DNA of 32,000 nucleotides from Candidatus Saccharimonadota bacterium (GTDB taxonomy: Bacteria > Pseudomonadota > Gammaproteobacteria > Burkholderiales > Burkholderiaceae). Shown in pieces: positions 1 through 13,151 of the stretch; within the stretch, counting starts at the first letter, position 1; each line of letters starts with the position of its first letter. The notes below the pieces were generated by a model. The model was not told the origin of the DNA and did no database searches. It saw only the letters and a list, made by a program, of their open reading frames with translations. The stretch is taken from contig CP002161.1 in the NCBI GenBank assembly GCA_000147015.1, positions 90,001 through 122,000 on the forward strand, written 5' to 3'. The translations under genes were made by a program, and so were the position numbers.

Positions 1-240
1 AAAAAAAAAATTTACGAATATTTAAATTATTAAATCAAATTTATTAAATTCTCTTTAATAAATTTTAAATATGAGAATAATTTTAAATAAATTTTACTTA
101 ATTTAAAATAAAAATAAAGTAAATAGTTTAAATTTAATTTTTTTATTATTAAATTTAAATAAATATTAAAAAATAAAAATAAATATGTAGAATTAATTAT
201 ATTATATATACGGAAGTGGGTTCGATTCCCACCAACTCCA
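1..240 (+). ncRNA. ssrA: tmRNA (ssrA), 3' portion only; the 5' end lies upstream of the window
   Basis: 181-240 (aaatatgtag...cggaagtgggttcgattcccaccaactcca) is collinear with the E. coli ssrA 3' end as I recall it (GCATGTAG...CGGACGCGGGTTCAACTCCCGCCAGCTCCA). It has a T-arm (gtggg/ttcgatt/cccac) and a 3' acceptor strand caactcc+a. No matching 5' acceptor strand (ggggttg/ggagttg) occurs within 1-211, so it is not an ordinary tRNA. CCA is not encoded. Confidence 0.6.
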
Positions 241-245
241 AATAT

Positions 246-1685
246 TTAAATTATTGATAATAATATTATTTTAAAAATAATTTTGAATATAAATTTATTA
301 AATATTAAAAATAAAAATAATAAAATAATATTTATTAATAAAAATAATAAATTTGTAATTTTAAATTTTATTTTTTTATTTTTAATATTTTTATAAAAAA
401 ATACATTTTTAATTATATTTAAATAGCAAAAAAAATTTAGTATTATAAAAAATATTATTATAATTAAATAATTTATATTATTATTTAAACTATTTTCTAA
501 AATTAATAATTTTAAATAAAATCCTAAAAAAGGAGGAAAATTAGATATTGAAAGAATAATAATTATAAATATTATTTTTAATAAATTAAAATTACTTGTT
601 ATACCTCTTATATTTTTTAAAAATATAAAATCTTTTTTTTTATTTAATAAATCTAAAAATAATAAAAAAATAAATAAAGAAATATTATAATTTATAAAAT
701 ATAAAAAAAAAATTGTATATGAATTAACTATAAATTTTAAATTATTTTTTTTATTGAAATTAGAAATAATAAGTAACATAAAACCAGAATTAAATATAGA
801 AGAAAACGAAATTATAGATTTTATTTTTTTTTTTATTATTATAAATATACTAGAAATAAATATTGAAAATAATGATATTAAAAATATAATAAATTTTAAT
901 TTTATTAAAATTTTATTAAAATTTATATTTATAAAAATATGAAATAATAAAGAAATAATAGAAAATTTAGGTATTAAATTTATAGGTATTAAAATATGAT
1001 ATGGTATTTTATTATAAATTTCAGGTATTCAAAAATGAAATGGAATTAAATTAAATTTTAAACATATTGTAGGAATAAATAATATAAATATATATAAAAA
1101 AAATATTTTATTATAATATTTTTTTAATATACAAAATATTTTATTTAAATTTAAATTATTAAAAATATAATACAAAAAAATAATTCCAAATAAAAAAAAT
1201 ATTGTACAAATAATATTAATTATAAAATATTTTAAAGATAATTTATTATCTTTACTTGCAATATATATAATAGTACCATAACAAAAAGATGAAAATTCTA
1301 ATAATATATATATTAATAATATATTATTAGAAATAATTAAAAAATTTTGTGATAAAAATAAAAAAAAAATTATATATATATATTCTATTTTTATAAAATT
1401 TATTTTATTTATAATAATATATATTAAATATAAAATTAAAAATAAATATATAAAAATTTTTAATATATATGAAAAATTATCAATTAATATTAAATTATAA
1501 TAAAAGTATTTTTTTTTATAATTAAAATTAATTAAATTTAAAATAAAACATATAAAAGTTATAAATAAAAAAAAATATATATTTCTTTTTTTATTATTAA
1601 TTATTAAATTTAATATTATTATAAATAATAAAAAAAAAAATAAAATTATTTCTGGTATTAAAATTATTAATTTTATAAATTTCAT
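246..1685 (-). CDS. nuoN: NADH-quinone oxidoreductase subunit N
   Basis: Track fragments 246..779 and 1029..1685 are in the same frame and join through in-frame TGA codons. The product is a 479-aa polytopic hydrophobic protein encoded by the last gene of a colinear nuoA-N cluster. TAA at 246-248, ATG at 1685-1683. Confidence 0.85.
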
Positions 1686-3175
1686 TTTATAATTTTAGTT
1701 TTAATTTCTTTTTTAAAAATATTTTTTATATTTAAATTTAATAATTTTATAAATAAATTAGGATATATTCCTAATATTAAAACTATTAAAAATAATATTA
1801 ATAATATAAAATAATTTAATATTTTTATATTTTTCATTCTTTTTATTTTTTTTTTATTTTTTTTAAAAATTAAATTATTTACTAATAATAAAAAATAAAT
1901 AGTAGACCAAATTATAATAGTAGAACTTAAAAAAGATAAATAAATATTATATTTTATACATTCAAAAATAATTAAAAATTCACTTATAAAACCAAAACTA
2001 AAAGGTATACCACAATTAAATAATAAAAAAAAAAATAAAAAGAATGAAAATAATTTATTTAATTTAATAATTTTAAATATTTTATTTAAATTATATGTTT
2101 TGGTTTCAATATATATATAATTTATAATAATAAATAAACCACAAGTTATAAAAGAATGAGAAATAATTTGTATTATACATGATATAATAGATATTTTTGT
2201 TAATAATGATATTCCTAACAATGATAAACCTATATGATTTATAGATGAATAAGCAATTATTTTTTTTATATTATTTTGATTAGAAATTATTATACCAATA
2301 TGTATTATACAAATTAAAGAAAAAAATATTATTAAATTTTTAAAATAAAATAAAGCATCAGGACATAAATAAAATAAAAAATTTATAATACCATAAATTC
2401 CTAATTTAAGCATTATAGATGATAAAAATAAAGAACCTTCTAATGGCGCTTGTACATGTGATTTAGTTAATCAAATATGAAATGGTCATATAGAAGATTT
2501 TATAAAAAAAGATATAATTAATAAAATAAAAATTATTTTTTGTTTTTTAAAAGATAAAGAAAAATTATTAAATAATTCAAAATTATAATTTAAATTATTA
2601 AGTAAAATTATAACTATAAATATTATTAAAGAACTTATAAAATTATATAAAAAAAAATATAAAGATGAAATTATTTTTTTATTTCCCCCTCATTTACCAA
2701 TAATAATAAACATAGGAATTAAAGAAGTTTCTAAAAAAATATAAAATAAAATTAAATTTTTTGAACAAAAAATACCTGTATTTAAACCTGATAATATTAA
2801 AATAAAACCTATAAAATTAAAATTATTATTTTCTTTATTTATATATCTTATAAATATTATAAAATTCAAAAAAAAAATTAAAAATATAAATATAAATGAA
2901 ATTATATTTATTCCTAAAGAATAATTAATTTTTAAATATAAAAATATTTTTTTATATTTTACAAATTGAAAATTATTAAATAAAAAATTATAATATTTTA
3001 AAATTATTATAAATAAAAAAAAATAAAATAAAATAAAAAAAAAATATATAAATTTATTTATTTTTAAAATTAATGATTTTTTAACATTATTATTTATTAT
3101 TAATATAATTCCTATTAAAATAGGAAAGAATATTATTAAACTTAAAATATTATTTTTAAAAAAATATATATACAT
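1673..3175 (-). CDS. nuoM: NADH-quinone oxidoreductase subunit M
   Basis: Fragments 1682..2413 and 2690..3175 are in the same frame. The linking segment translates to HIWLTKSHVQAPLEGSLFLSSIMLKLG (antiporter-like subunit signature) with W encoded by TGA at 2471-2473. The track stop at 1682-1684 is TGA; the first TAA is at 1673-1675. Product is 500 aa. Confidence 0.88.
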
Positions 3176-3176
3176 T

Positions 3177-5099
3177 TTATAATAATAATAAAAAAAAAAA
3201 TATTAAATTTAAAATTATAATAATTATATAATTATATAAATTATAATTTTGAATAAAATTTAAAAAAAAAGAAATTTTAAATATTTTATAATATATATTA
3301 TTAATAAAATTTATTTTTATTATTTTTTCTATATAAATATATAAAATATTACTTATATTTTTAAATTTTTTATTTATAATATTTAAAATTTTATTAAAAT
3401 AAAATTCATTTTTTAAAATTTTTAAAATATAATAAAATTTTTTTTTTAATAAAATTAATAAATTATATTTTTTAACATATAAATAATAAATTAAAAATAT
3501 ACCTAAAATTATTATATATATTTCTTCAAAAGATATTTTTATTATTTTATTTATTTCTTTGTATTTTAATAATATTTTTTTTATTATATTATTTTTATTT
3601 TTTATAAAAATATATTTTTTAAAATAATTTTTAAAGATAATTTTATTATATAATAAATTACCAATAAATAAATTAGGTATAGATAATAAAAATAAAGATA
3701 TAAAAAATATAAAATTTATTTTTTTAAATTTTTTTTTTTTTTTAAATATATTATATAAAAATATTAAAAAATACATTCTAAAAGAATATAATAAGGTCAT
3801 AAAACTAGATATATATATAAAAATTTTATAAATTTTAATATTTAAAATTTCAATAGATTTTATAATTAAATTTTTAGAATAAAAACCAGAAAATAATGGA
3901 AAGCTATTTAAATTTAATATTCCTAATAAAAAAAAAAAATTTTCAAAAGTAAAAAAATTTTTAAAATTACCTAATTTCCTTATATCTCTTATATCATTTG
4001 AATTTTCAATTATTGAACCTGAACACAAAAATAAAAGAGATTTAAAAAAAGAATGTATAATTAAATGAAAAATACTAATATTATAACAAGAAATAGATAA
4101 GGATAAAACCATATATCCTAATTGTGATATTGTAGAATATGCTATTATTTTTTTAATATCATTTTGAAATATAGATATTAAACTACTAAAAAATATAGTA
4201 AATAAACTTATATAAAATATAAGTTTTAAAATATTTTTTGAATTTTCAAATAAAAATGATAATTTTATAATTAAAAATATTCCTGAAGTAACCATAGTAG
4301 CTGAATGTATTAAAGCAGATATAGGTGTTGGACCTCACATAGTATTAGGTAATCAGTAATGAAATGGAAATTGTGCAGATTTAGCTAAAATACTAATAAA
4401 TAATAATAAACATATTAAATCTAATAATTTAAATTTTGTTTTATATAAATATATATTTTTTAAATTATTAACATTATAATTTATAAAATCAAAATTTAAA
4501 TTACCTAAATTAAAATATATTAAAAATATAGAAATTATAAAAAAAGTATCAATTATTCTATTTATTAAAAAAGATTTATTACCTGCATTAATACATTTTT
4601 TTTTATTTCAAAAATTTATTAATAAATAAGATGATAATCCTAATAATTCTCAAAAAAAAAAAAATTCTAAAATATTATTACTAATAACTAATGATAACAT
4701 TGAAAATATAAAAAATAATAAATATATAAAATATTTATTAAAATTTTTATCTTTTTTTATATATTGATATGAATATATAGTAACAATTAAAGATATAAAA
4801 GTTACTAAAATAATCATTAATATAGATAAATTATTAATAGAATAACCAAAATTTATTTTTAAATTTAAAAATTTTATAAAATAATAAATTTTAAAATTTA
4901 TATTTTTTTTATATTTTATTATTAAAAACAATAATAAACTTATTAAAAATAAAAATATATTTAATAATAAAGTAATAAAAAAAACTATTTTTTTTTTAAT
5001 AATTTTAATAAATAAAGTTATTAAAATAATTCCTAATAATGGTAAAATAAATAATGATATTATTATTTTATTATAATTATAAATAATTTTATATAACAT
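3177..5099 (-). CDS. nuoL: NADH-quinone oxidoreductase subunit L
   Basis: Fragments 3177..4295 and 4650..5099 are in the same frame. The linking segment translates to [36 protein letters not shown] (NuoL/ND5 signature), with the W of WLP encoded by TGA at 4353-4355. Product is 640 aa; TAA at 3177-3179. Confidence 0.9.
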
Positions 5100-5370
5100 T
5101 ATTTATATTTTTTATTATTAAAGTTAAAATTATAGAAAATTCAATAGTATTATTTATAATATTAAAAAATACAAATATTTGACCTGTAATATTATTAAAA
5201 TAATATGAAATAAATATAAAATTAGTATTTATTAATAATAATAATATTTCTATTATAATTAAAAATTTTATAATATTATTACAATAGAATATTAAAAAAA
5301 AAAATAAAATTAAAAATATTAATATATTTAAAATAAAATATATAAAAATATTAAAATCTTTAGATAACAT
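5089..5370 (-). CDS. nuoK: NADH-quinone oxidoreductase subunit K
   Basis: Small three-helix hydrophobic protein between nuoJ and nuoL. The track ORF starts at a TTG (5385); the first ATG is at 5370 (MLSKDFNIF...), giving 93 aa. TAA at 5089-5091. It overlaps nuoL by 11 nt. Confidence 0.8.
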   Translation of the reverse strand: MLSKDFNIFIYFILNILIFLILFFFLIFYCNNIIKFLIIIEILLLLINTNFIFISYYFNNITGQIFVFFNIINNTIEFSIILTLIIKNINNVI

Positions 5371-5851
5371 TATTTTTTTTAACAATAAATAAACAACTTA
5401 TAATAGAAAATAAAATTATAATATTTATAATTTCAAATATAAAAAAATATTTATTATATATATTAAAACTTAATAAATTTGTATTAATCTTACTAATTAA
5501 TATATTATTTTTAATATTTTTATAACTTTTAAAAAAAATTAATATAATAAATAATATAAAAAATAAAAAAAAAAATAATATAAATAATAAATATTTATTA
5601 TTTATATTTTTTTTTTTTTTATATTTTATTTTTTTAAAAATTATAATAATTAAAAATAAAATAGTTAAAGAACCTATATATATATATATTATAGCTAATG
5701 ATAAAAATTCAGCTTTAAAAATAATTCATATAAAAGAAATAAAAAAAATTAATAATATTAATAATAAAATAGAAATTATTATTTCATTATTTATTATAAT
5801 AAATAAAATTATAAAAAATATTATAAAATATATTAAAAATATAATAAACAT
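5360..5851 (-). CDS. nuoJ: NADH-quinone oxidoreductase subunit J
   Basis: Not in the ORF track because one internal TGA splits it. Hand translation from ATG 5851 gives an uninterrupted 163-aa frame ending at TAA 5360-5362. It contains WIIFKAEFLSLAIIYIYIGSLTILFLIII, matching the NuoJ core (aeFl..vY.GAi.VLFlF). Confidence 0.8.
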
Positions 5852-5856
5852 TTATA

Positions 5857-6351
5857 TTATTTATATTTATTAAATATTTTTTTTTTATATTTTTTTTCTA
5901 TATAATATAATTTTTTTTTATTTAAAATCATTTTATTTTTATTAAAAAAACAATATTCAAAAAAATTAAATTCAACTATAGAATTTACAGGACAAGAACT
6001 TTCACATAAACCACAAAAAATACATTTTTTTAAATTTATTTTATATTCTATTGTTTCTCTAATATTATTTTTTTTATTATAACCTGTTTTTATATTAATA
6101 GCATTAGCAGGACATACAGATTCACATAATTTACAAGAAATACATCTAGATTTTTTATTATTATAAATTCTTAAAGCATGTAAACCTCTAAATTTTTTAG
6201 ATATAGGAATTTTTTCAATAGGATATTTATTTGTTATTTTTTTTGAAAATAAAAAATATTTTGTTATATTTAAAGCTTTTAAAATATCTATTAAAAATAA
6301 ATTTAATATTTTTTTTTTTAAAAAAATATAAAATTTTATAATATTATTCAT
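5857..6351 (-). CDS. nuoI: NADH-quinone oxidoreductase subunit I (2x[4Fe-4S])
   Basis: 164-aa ORF with two ferredoxin-type motifs, CISCKLCESVCP and CIFCGLCESSCP. Confidence 0.95.
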   Translation of the reverse strand: MNNIIKFYIFLKKKILNLFLIDILKALNITKYFLFSKKITNKYPIEKIPISKKFRGLHALRIYNNKKSRCISCKLCESVCPANAINIKTGYNKKNNIRETIEYKINLKKCIFCGLCESSCPVNSIVEFNFFEYCFFNKNKMILNKKKLYYIEKKYKKKIFNKYK

Positions 6352-7329
6352 TTAAATTTTTATTAATATTATTAAAAAAATATAATAAATTACTATATAA
6401 GGTAAAAAAAAATTTCAACATAATTTAATAATTTTATTATATTTAAATCTTGGTAAAGTAGCTCTTATTCAAATAAAAAATGATATTAAAAATAAAACTT
6501 TAATTATTAATCAAAAAATATTAGGAATAAAATTTAAAATTTTAAATGGAGAATATCAACCTCCTAAAAATATTAATGAATTTAATAAAGATACAAATAT
6601 TAAATTCATATATTCTGAAAGAAAAAATAAAGAAAAAGAAATACCAGAATATTCTATCATATATCCTGCAACTATTTCTGATTCACCTTCTATTACATCA
6701 AAAGGATGTCTATTTATTTCAATTATACTAGAAATTGTATATATTACAAATATAGGAAATAGAATAAAAAAATTTCAATAAAAAATATTTAAACTTTGTT
6801 TATTTACTATTTTTATTATATTTGAAGTTTTAGTAATAAATACTATTATAGAATAACAAAAAGCAATTGGAATTTCATAAGATATCATTTGTGATATTGC
6901 TCTTAAAATTCCTAAAAAAGCATATTTTGAATTAGAAGATAAACCACCGATTATTATACCATAAATTTCAATTGAACTTATAGATATTATGAATAACAAA
7001 CTATTATATATATTAGATATATATATTTTATTATTAAATGGTATAATTGATCATAATAAAAAAGAAGGAAATAACATTAATATTGGTGAAATAATAAATA
7101 AATATTTGTTTGATTTTTTAGGAATAATAATTTCTTTAAAGATTAATTTTAATGTATCAGCTATTGGTTGTAATAAACCAAAAATACCTGTTCTATTAGG
7201 ACCATAACGTAAATGAAATCAAGCTATTAATTTTCTTTCTCAATATATCAAATAAGAAACTATAAATAATATAAATAATAAAAATAATATCATTTTAAAT
7301 ATATTATAAAAAATTAATTTATTTAACAT
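6352..7329 (-). CDS. nuoH: NADH-quinone oxidoreductase subunit H
   Basis: Hand translation from ATG 7329 to TAA 6352-6354 is open when TGA=Trp (325 aa). Motifs found: [72 protein letters not shown] (TGA at 6556-6558) and [11 protein letters not shown]. Confidence 0.93.
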
Positions 7330-9611
7330 TATTTTTTTTTAAATTTTAGATCTGAAATATTAATATTTGTATTTGTTATTATCGTATTTTTAGAAATATT
7401 GTTTTTTATTTTTATTTTTATTTTTTTATTTTTTTTAATAAAAATAAATTTTTTATTATATATCTTAAATTTTTTAAATAATTTTTTAGATACATAAATT
7501 TTTTTATAAAAATATTTTTTTATTTTTAAAATAATATTAGAATTTCTTAAAATAATATTTTCTAAAAAAATAGGAATATTGTATATTTTTTCTATTTTAT
7601 TTTCTTTTATATTTTTATTATTTTTTATTTTTTTTATATTTTTAATATTTATTTTATATTTTTTATTTAATAATTTATGAAAATTTATTTTTTTTTTTAT
7701 ACTTTTAAAAATACTTTTAATATTTCTATATTTTAAATTATTATTTTTTTTTAAAATATTAATTAATATTAATAAAAATTTTCAAGTCTTTAAAGATGAG
7801 GCAAATGATTTTATACAATTTTTAAATTTTTGTATTTTACCTTCATTATTAATAAATGTTCCTGAATTCTCAAAATAAAAAGTTATTGGTAAAACAAAAT
7901 TTGAAAATTTCATAGAACTTTTAAAAGAAGTTAATGATATTACATATTTAGATTTTTTTAAATATTTTAAAACAAAATTTTTATTAAAAAAATCTATTGG
8001 TTCTATATTTAAAAATATATATATATTTTTTTTATAATTAAAAAGTTTTTTAATATTTTTTTTTTTAGAAAAAAAATTTAAAATATAACATCCTGTAGAA
8101 TTTGAACTTTCTGTTAAATATCCAATTTTTGAATTTGTTAAATTTGATATAATTTTAGAAATTTTATTTATTTGTTTAAAATTTTTATTTTGAAAAATAC
8201 TATAATTTAATAAAATTATTTTTTTTTTTTCAAATAATAGATCAAAAGCTATTTTATTACTCATATTATTTGTTTTAATATTATTTAAATAATTTGGTAT
8301 TTTTTTTTTTAAATAAAATAAAATTGATAATAATATTTCTTTTAATTTTATAATTCAAAAAAAAGAATTTGTAATTATTTTATTATTAAATTTTAAATAA
8401 TTATTATAATAATTATTTAAAATATTTATTTTTTTAATATTTTCATTTTCTTTTATTATATTTAATATTAAAGAATGTTCGCTTAAACAAGTTCCTATTA
8501 AAAAAAAACAATTTATCTTTTTTAATTTTTTATAAGAAATATTTAATCATGGAATAAATTTATTATTAATAACAAAATTTTTTGCTTTTATTCTAAATTC
8601 AACATCTTTTATATTTAAAATATTTTTTATTTTATTTAATAAATATATTTCTTCAATAGTAGATTGTTGAGTTATAAATATAGATATTAAATTTTTATTT
8701 TTATTAATTTTAAATATTTTTTCCAATATTTTAAAAGCTTTTATTCATGTAATATTTTTTCAAATATTATTTATTTTTATTTTAGGATTTAATATTCTAT
8801 TTTTATAATATAAATAATCATAAGAAAATCTATCTTTATCAGTAATTAAATTTTTATTTAATTTTATTTTTTTATTTTTAGGTAATATTCTTAATATTTT
8901 ATTTTTTTTTTGAACAATTAATATAGAACCAAAACTATCATTATGACTTATAGTTTCAAAATTTTTTAATTGTCAAGGTCTAGTTTTATATTTAAATACT
9001 CTTGACGTTAAAGCACCTACTGGACACAAATCAATTAAGTTACCAGAAATAGTAAAATTATTTTTTATTTTTTTATAAAATATTTTTGAATTATAATTCT
9101 TATGTATAATACCTATATTTTTATTTTCATAAAATTCATTACTAAATCTAATACATCTAGTACAATATATACATCTATTAATATTTCTTATAGATATAAA
9201 TTTAGAAAGATTTTTTGAAAAAAATATTCTTTTTTTTTCAAAAAATCTTGAATAGAAATTACCATATTTATAAGAATTATCTTGTAAATCACATTCACCA
9301 CCTTGGTCGCAAATATGACAATCTAAAGGATGATTAATTAATAAAAATTCCATTATATTTTTTCTAGCTTTTTTAACTTTTTTACTATTTGTTTTTATAT
9401 TCATATTTTCTTCTATATAAGTAGAACAAGCTGGTAATAATTTATTATTATTTTTTATTTCTACTAAACACATTCTGCAATTAGTTGAAATAGAAAGTTT
9501 ATCATAATAACAAAAATGAGGTATATATTTATTTAACTTAAACATTAATTTTAAAATAGTAATTTTTTTTTTATATTTTATAATTTTATTATTAATAATT
9601 ATTTTTATCAT
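7329..9611 (-). CDS. nuoG: NADH-quinone oxidoreductase subunit G
   Basis: Fragments 8973..9611 and 7782..8264 are in the same frame. The N-terminus carries Fe-S motifs (CRMCLVEI, HPLDCHICDQGGECDLQD, CIYCTRCIRF, CPVGALT). Hand translation of the 3' end runs to TAA 7329-7331, which overlaps the nuoH ATG as TAATG. Product is 760 aa; the C-terminal third is very Lys/Asn-rich. Confidence 0.88.
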
Positions 9612-10887
9612 TTTTTAAACATTTATTATAAATAATATGTAATATAAATTCTTTATAATAATTCTTTATATAAGATTTTATAGAAAAATATATTGCATCT
9701 CCAAAAGCACAAATAGTATTTCCTGTAATATTATTAATAATAGATAATATTAAATCTAAATCTTTTAATTTAGCTTTATTATTTTTTATTTTTTTTAATA
9801 ATTTCATAATTCAAATAATTCCCTCTCTACATGGAACACATTTTCCACAAGATTCTTTATAATAAAAATTAGATATGTTTAATAAACATTTTAAAATACA
9901 TATTTTATTATTTATTAATATAATAGCTCCAGAACCAAGCATAGATTTAAATTTTAATATTTCATCATAATCCATATATATATATTTTAATTTTTTACCT
10001 TTAATTATTGGAGTAGAAATTCCACCTGGTATAATAGCTTTTAAATCTTTTTTAAAACCACCTGCTAACTTTATTAATTTTGAAAGTGAAATTCCTAAAG
10101 GAGCCTCATAATTTCCTGGTTTTTTTATATTACCTGTAATAGAAAAAATTTTAGTTCCGCCATTTTTAGAATTTGAAAAATTTAAATATTTTTTAATACC
10201 TATTTTTAATAAAATAGTAATATTAGAAAAAGTTTCTGCATTATTTATAAGTGTTGATTTATTAAATAAACCAATATTTGCGGGAAATGGTGGTTTAAAT
10301 CTAGGTTGTCCCTTTTTTCCTTCTATAGATTCTATTAAAGCACTTTCTTCTCCGCATATATATGATCCATAACCTCTAAAACAATATAAATTAAAATTTA
10401 TTTTACTTTTAAATATATTATAACCTAAAAAATTATATTTATAAGCTTCTAATACTGCTTTTTTAAAAATATTATAAATTTTAAAAACTTCTCCATGTAT
10501 ATAATTATAACCTATATCAATATTTAATGTATAAGCTGCAATTAACATTCCTTCTATTATTAAATGAGGATTATTTATAGTAATTTGTAAATCTTTAAAT
10601 GTACCAGGTTCACCTTCGTCTGTATTACATATTAAATATTTTTGATAATATGTATTTTTATCAATAAAATTTCATTTTATTCATGTTAAAAATCCTGCCC
10701 CTCCTCTACCCCTTAATCTTGTTAATTTTAAATTATTTATTATTTCATTTTTTGAAATTTTATTTCTAATTATTCTTCTTATAGTTTTATAACCACCTCT
10801 TTTTATGTAATTTTTTATTTTTCAATTTTTTGTATTTAATTTATTAAATAATAATGATTTTATATGGTTTTTATTATTAAATTTCAT
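9592..10887 (-). CDS. nuoF: NADH-quinone oxidoreductase subunit F
   Basis: Fragments 9592..9807 and 9811..10548, plus the 5' segment up to ATG 10887, are in one frame (431 aa). Motifs: LRGRGGAGFLTWIKW (both W are TGA), GYGSYICGEESALIESIEGK and ESCGKCVPCREG. Confidence 0.93.
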
Positions 10888-11352
10888 TTATATTAATTTT
10901 TTAATTAAAAATTTTATTTTTTTTTTATTCATATAAAAAAATAATTTTTTATTATTAATTAAAAAAAATGGAGAAAAAGAACATAAACCCATACAAGAAC
11001 TTTTATGTATATAAAATAACTTTTTTTTTTTTTTTTTAAATATTTCTTTTTTTAAGAAATTAATAACTTTTAAACTATTATTTAAATAACAACTTATACT
11101 GTTACATATAAATATTTTATATTTAACTTTTTTTTTTAAATTACACATTTTATAAAAATTAGATATTTCTTTAACTTGTATAAAAGAAATTTTTAATACT
11201 TTAGATATTTTTTTTAATATTTTATTATTTATAAAATTATATTTTTTTTCAAAAATTCTTAAAATATACAATATAATTGATCTTTTATTTTCTAAAGGAA
11301 ATTTTTTAAATTCTTTTTTTATATTTTTATATATATATTTATTTAAAAACAT
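10888..11352 (-). CDS. nuoE: NADH-quinone oxidoreductase subunit E
   Basis: 154-aa ORF with Cys spacing like the [2Fe-2S] site (CNSISCYL ... SCMGLCSFSP). It lies between nuoD and nuoF, and its ATG overlaps the nuoD TAA as TAATG. Confidence 0.88.
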   Translation of the reverse strand: MFLNKYIYKNIKKEFKKFPLENKRSIILYILRIFEKKYNFINNKILKKISKVLKISFIQVKEISNFYKMCNLKKKVKYKIFICNSISCYLNNSLKVINFLKKEIFKKKKKKLFYIHKSSCMGLCSFSPFFLINNKKLFFYMNKKKIKFLIKKLI

Positions 11353-12575
11353 TATCTATCTATTTCACCAAAAACTATATCTTGTGTACCAATAATTGTT
11401 ATAGCATCAGATAAATAATGATTTTTTACCATATAATTAAAAGATTGTAAATGAGCAAAACTAGGAGATCTTATTCTTAAACGATAAGGTTTATTAGAAT
11501 TATCAGATAATATATATACACCAAATTCTCCTTTTGGATGTTCAATAGCTTTATATATTTCATTATTTTTAATTTTAAATCCTTCTGTAAAAAATTTAAA
11601 ATGATGTATCATTTCCTCCATATTTGTTTTAATATTAGAATTTAAACATTGAGTAAATTTATAATTATTATTTAAAATAATACCTGGATTTACTTTTAAT
11701 CATTTTATACATTGTTTTATTATTTTATTAGATTGTTTCATTTCTTCAATTCTTATTAAATATCTATCATAACAATCACCATTTTTACCTATAGGTATTT
11801 TAAATTTTAATTTATTATATACTTCATATGGTTTTTCTTTTCTAAGGTCTCAAGATACACCAGAAGCTCTTAACATTGGTCCTGTAAATCCCATTGATAT
11901 TGCTTTATCAGAATTAACTATTCCTATATTTTTAAGTCTTTGTTTTCAAATCTTATTGTCTGTTAATAAATTTTCATATTCATTTATACATTTAGGAAAA
12001 TAATTAACGAAATTTTCTATAAAATATAGAAAATCTTTACTTCTAAAATCATTTTTATATTTTTTATTATTTGGCATTTTATTTGGTAAGTCATTATTTA
12101 CTCCTCCAGGCCTATAATAATTTGAATGTAAACGCGCGCCAGAAACAGCTTCATAACAATCCATTAAATATTCTCTTTCTTTAAAAGTATATAAAAAAAT
12201 ACCCATTGAACCAATATCTAAAGCATGAGTACCTAATCACATTAAATGATTTAAAATTCTTGTTATTTCATCAAACATAACTCTAATATATTTAGCTCTT
12301 ATAGGAACTTTTATTTTTAATAATTTTTCTAATGCTAAAATATAAGCATGTTCATTACACATTATTGAAATATAATCTAATCTATCCATATATGGAATAC
12401 TTTGAAAGTAATTTTTATTTTCTATAAGTTTTTCAGTTCCTCTATGTAAATATCCTATATGAGGTTCAGCATTAATAATTTTTTCACCATTTAATTCAAG
12501 AATTAAACGTAAAACACCATGAGCTGATGGATGTTGAGGTCCAAAATTTAATAAATAATTTTTAAATTTTTTCAT
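11352..12575 (-). CDS. nuoD: NADH-quinone oxidoreductase subunit D
   Basis: Fragments 11352..11621, 11946..12206 and 12237..12587 are all in one frame. Motifs: [27 protein letters not shown], and C-terminal [12 protein letters not shown]. The first ATG is at 12575; the track start at 12587 is a TTG. Confidence 0.93.
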
Positions 12576-12576
12576 A

Positions 12577-13146
12577 TTAATAATCAAAGATTTTTGGTAT
12601 AATTTCTTTTTTTTTTAAATTTATTTTTTTATAAAAAACATTTTTTTTTTTATTATTATATTTTAATTCGTAAAATCCAGATAATGGAAAATCTTTTCTC
12701 ATAGGAAAACCTATAAAATTATAATCTGTTAATATCCTTTTTAAATTATAATGACCTTTAAAATTTATTCCGTACATATCATATGCTTCTCTTTCATATC
12801 AATTAGATGATTTTCACAAATTATTAATTGTAAATAAATATGGATTTTTTTTATTTAATAAAAATATTTTTATTCTAATTCTCATATTATATTTAATAGA
12901 TAATAAATTTAAAATTATTTGAAATCTAAATTTTTTTTTACTTTTATAATTTAAATAATCAATACAAAAAAAATCAATTAATGTTTTAAATTTAAATTTT
13001 TTATTATTTTTTAATATTGATAAAATATATAAATAATTAATATAATTTACCAAAATATTTATTTGTTTAAATTTAAAATTTATTTTTATAATATATTTAA
13101 ATATTTTTTTTTTTATATAAAAAATAATTTTTTTGTATATTTTCAT
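12577..13146 (-). CDS. nuoC: NADH-quinone oxidoreductase subunit C
   Basis: Fragments 12577..12777 and 12814..13146 are in the same frame (189 aa). The C-terminal half ([33 protein letters not shown]) matches the 30-kDa subunit core. Confidence 0.85.
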
Positions 13147-13151
13147 TAATT

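Noticed and set aside
212-240. Stand-alone tRNA at the start of the window
   Set aside because: Only a T-arm and a 3' acceptor strand are present. No complementary 5' acceptor, D-arm or anticodon arm occurs in the preceding ~75 nt, which fits the tmRNA 3' end better.
754-942. Plus-strand ORF (62 aa) inside nuoN
   Set aside because: It is antisense to a well-supported membrane subunit gene. The product is low-complexity Ile/Asn/Lys/Phe, typical of mirror frames in AT-rich DNA, with no motif.
6546-7207. Plus-strand ORFs 6546..6731 and 6989..7207
   Set aside because: Both lie antisense within nuoH, whose minus-strand frame carries multiple family signatures, so they are spurious mirror ORFs.
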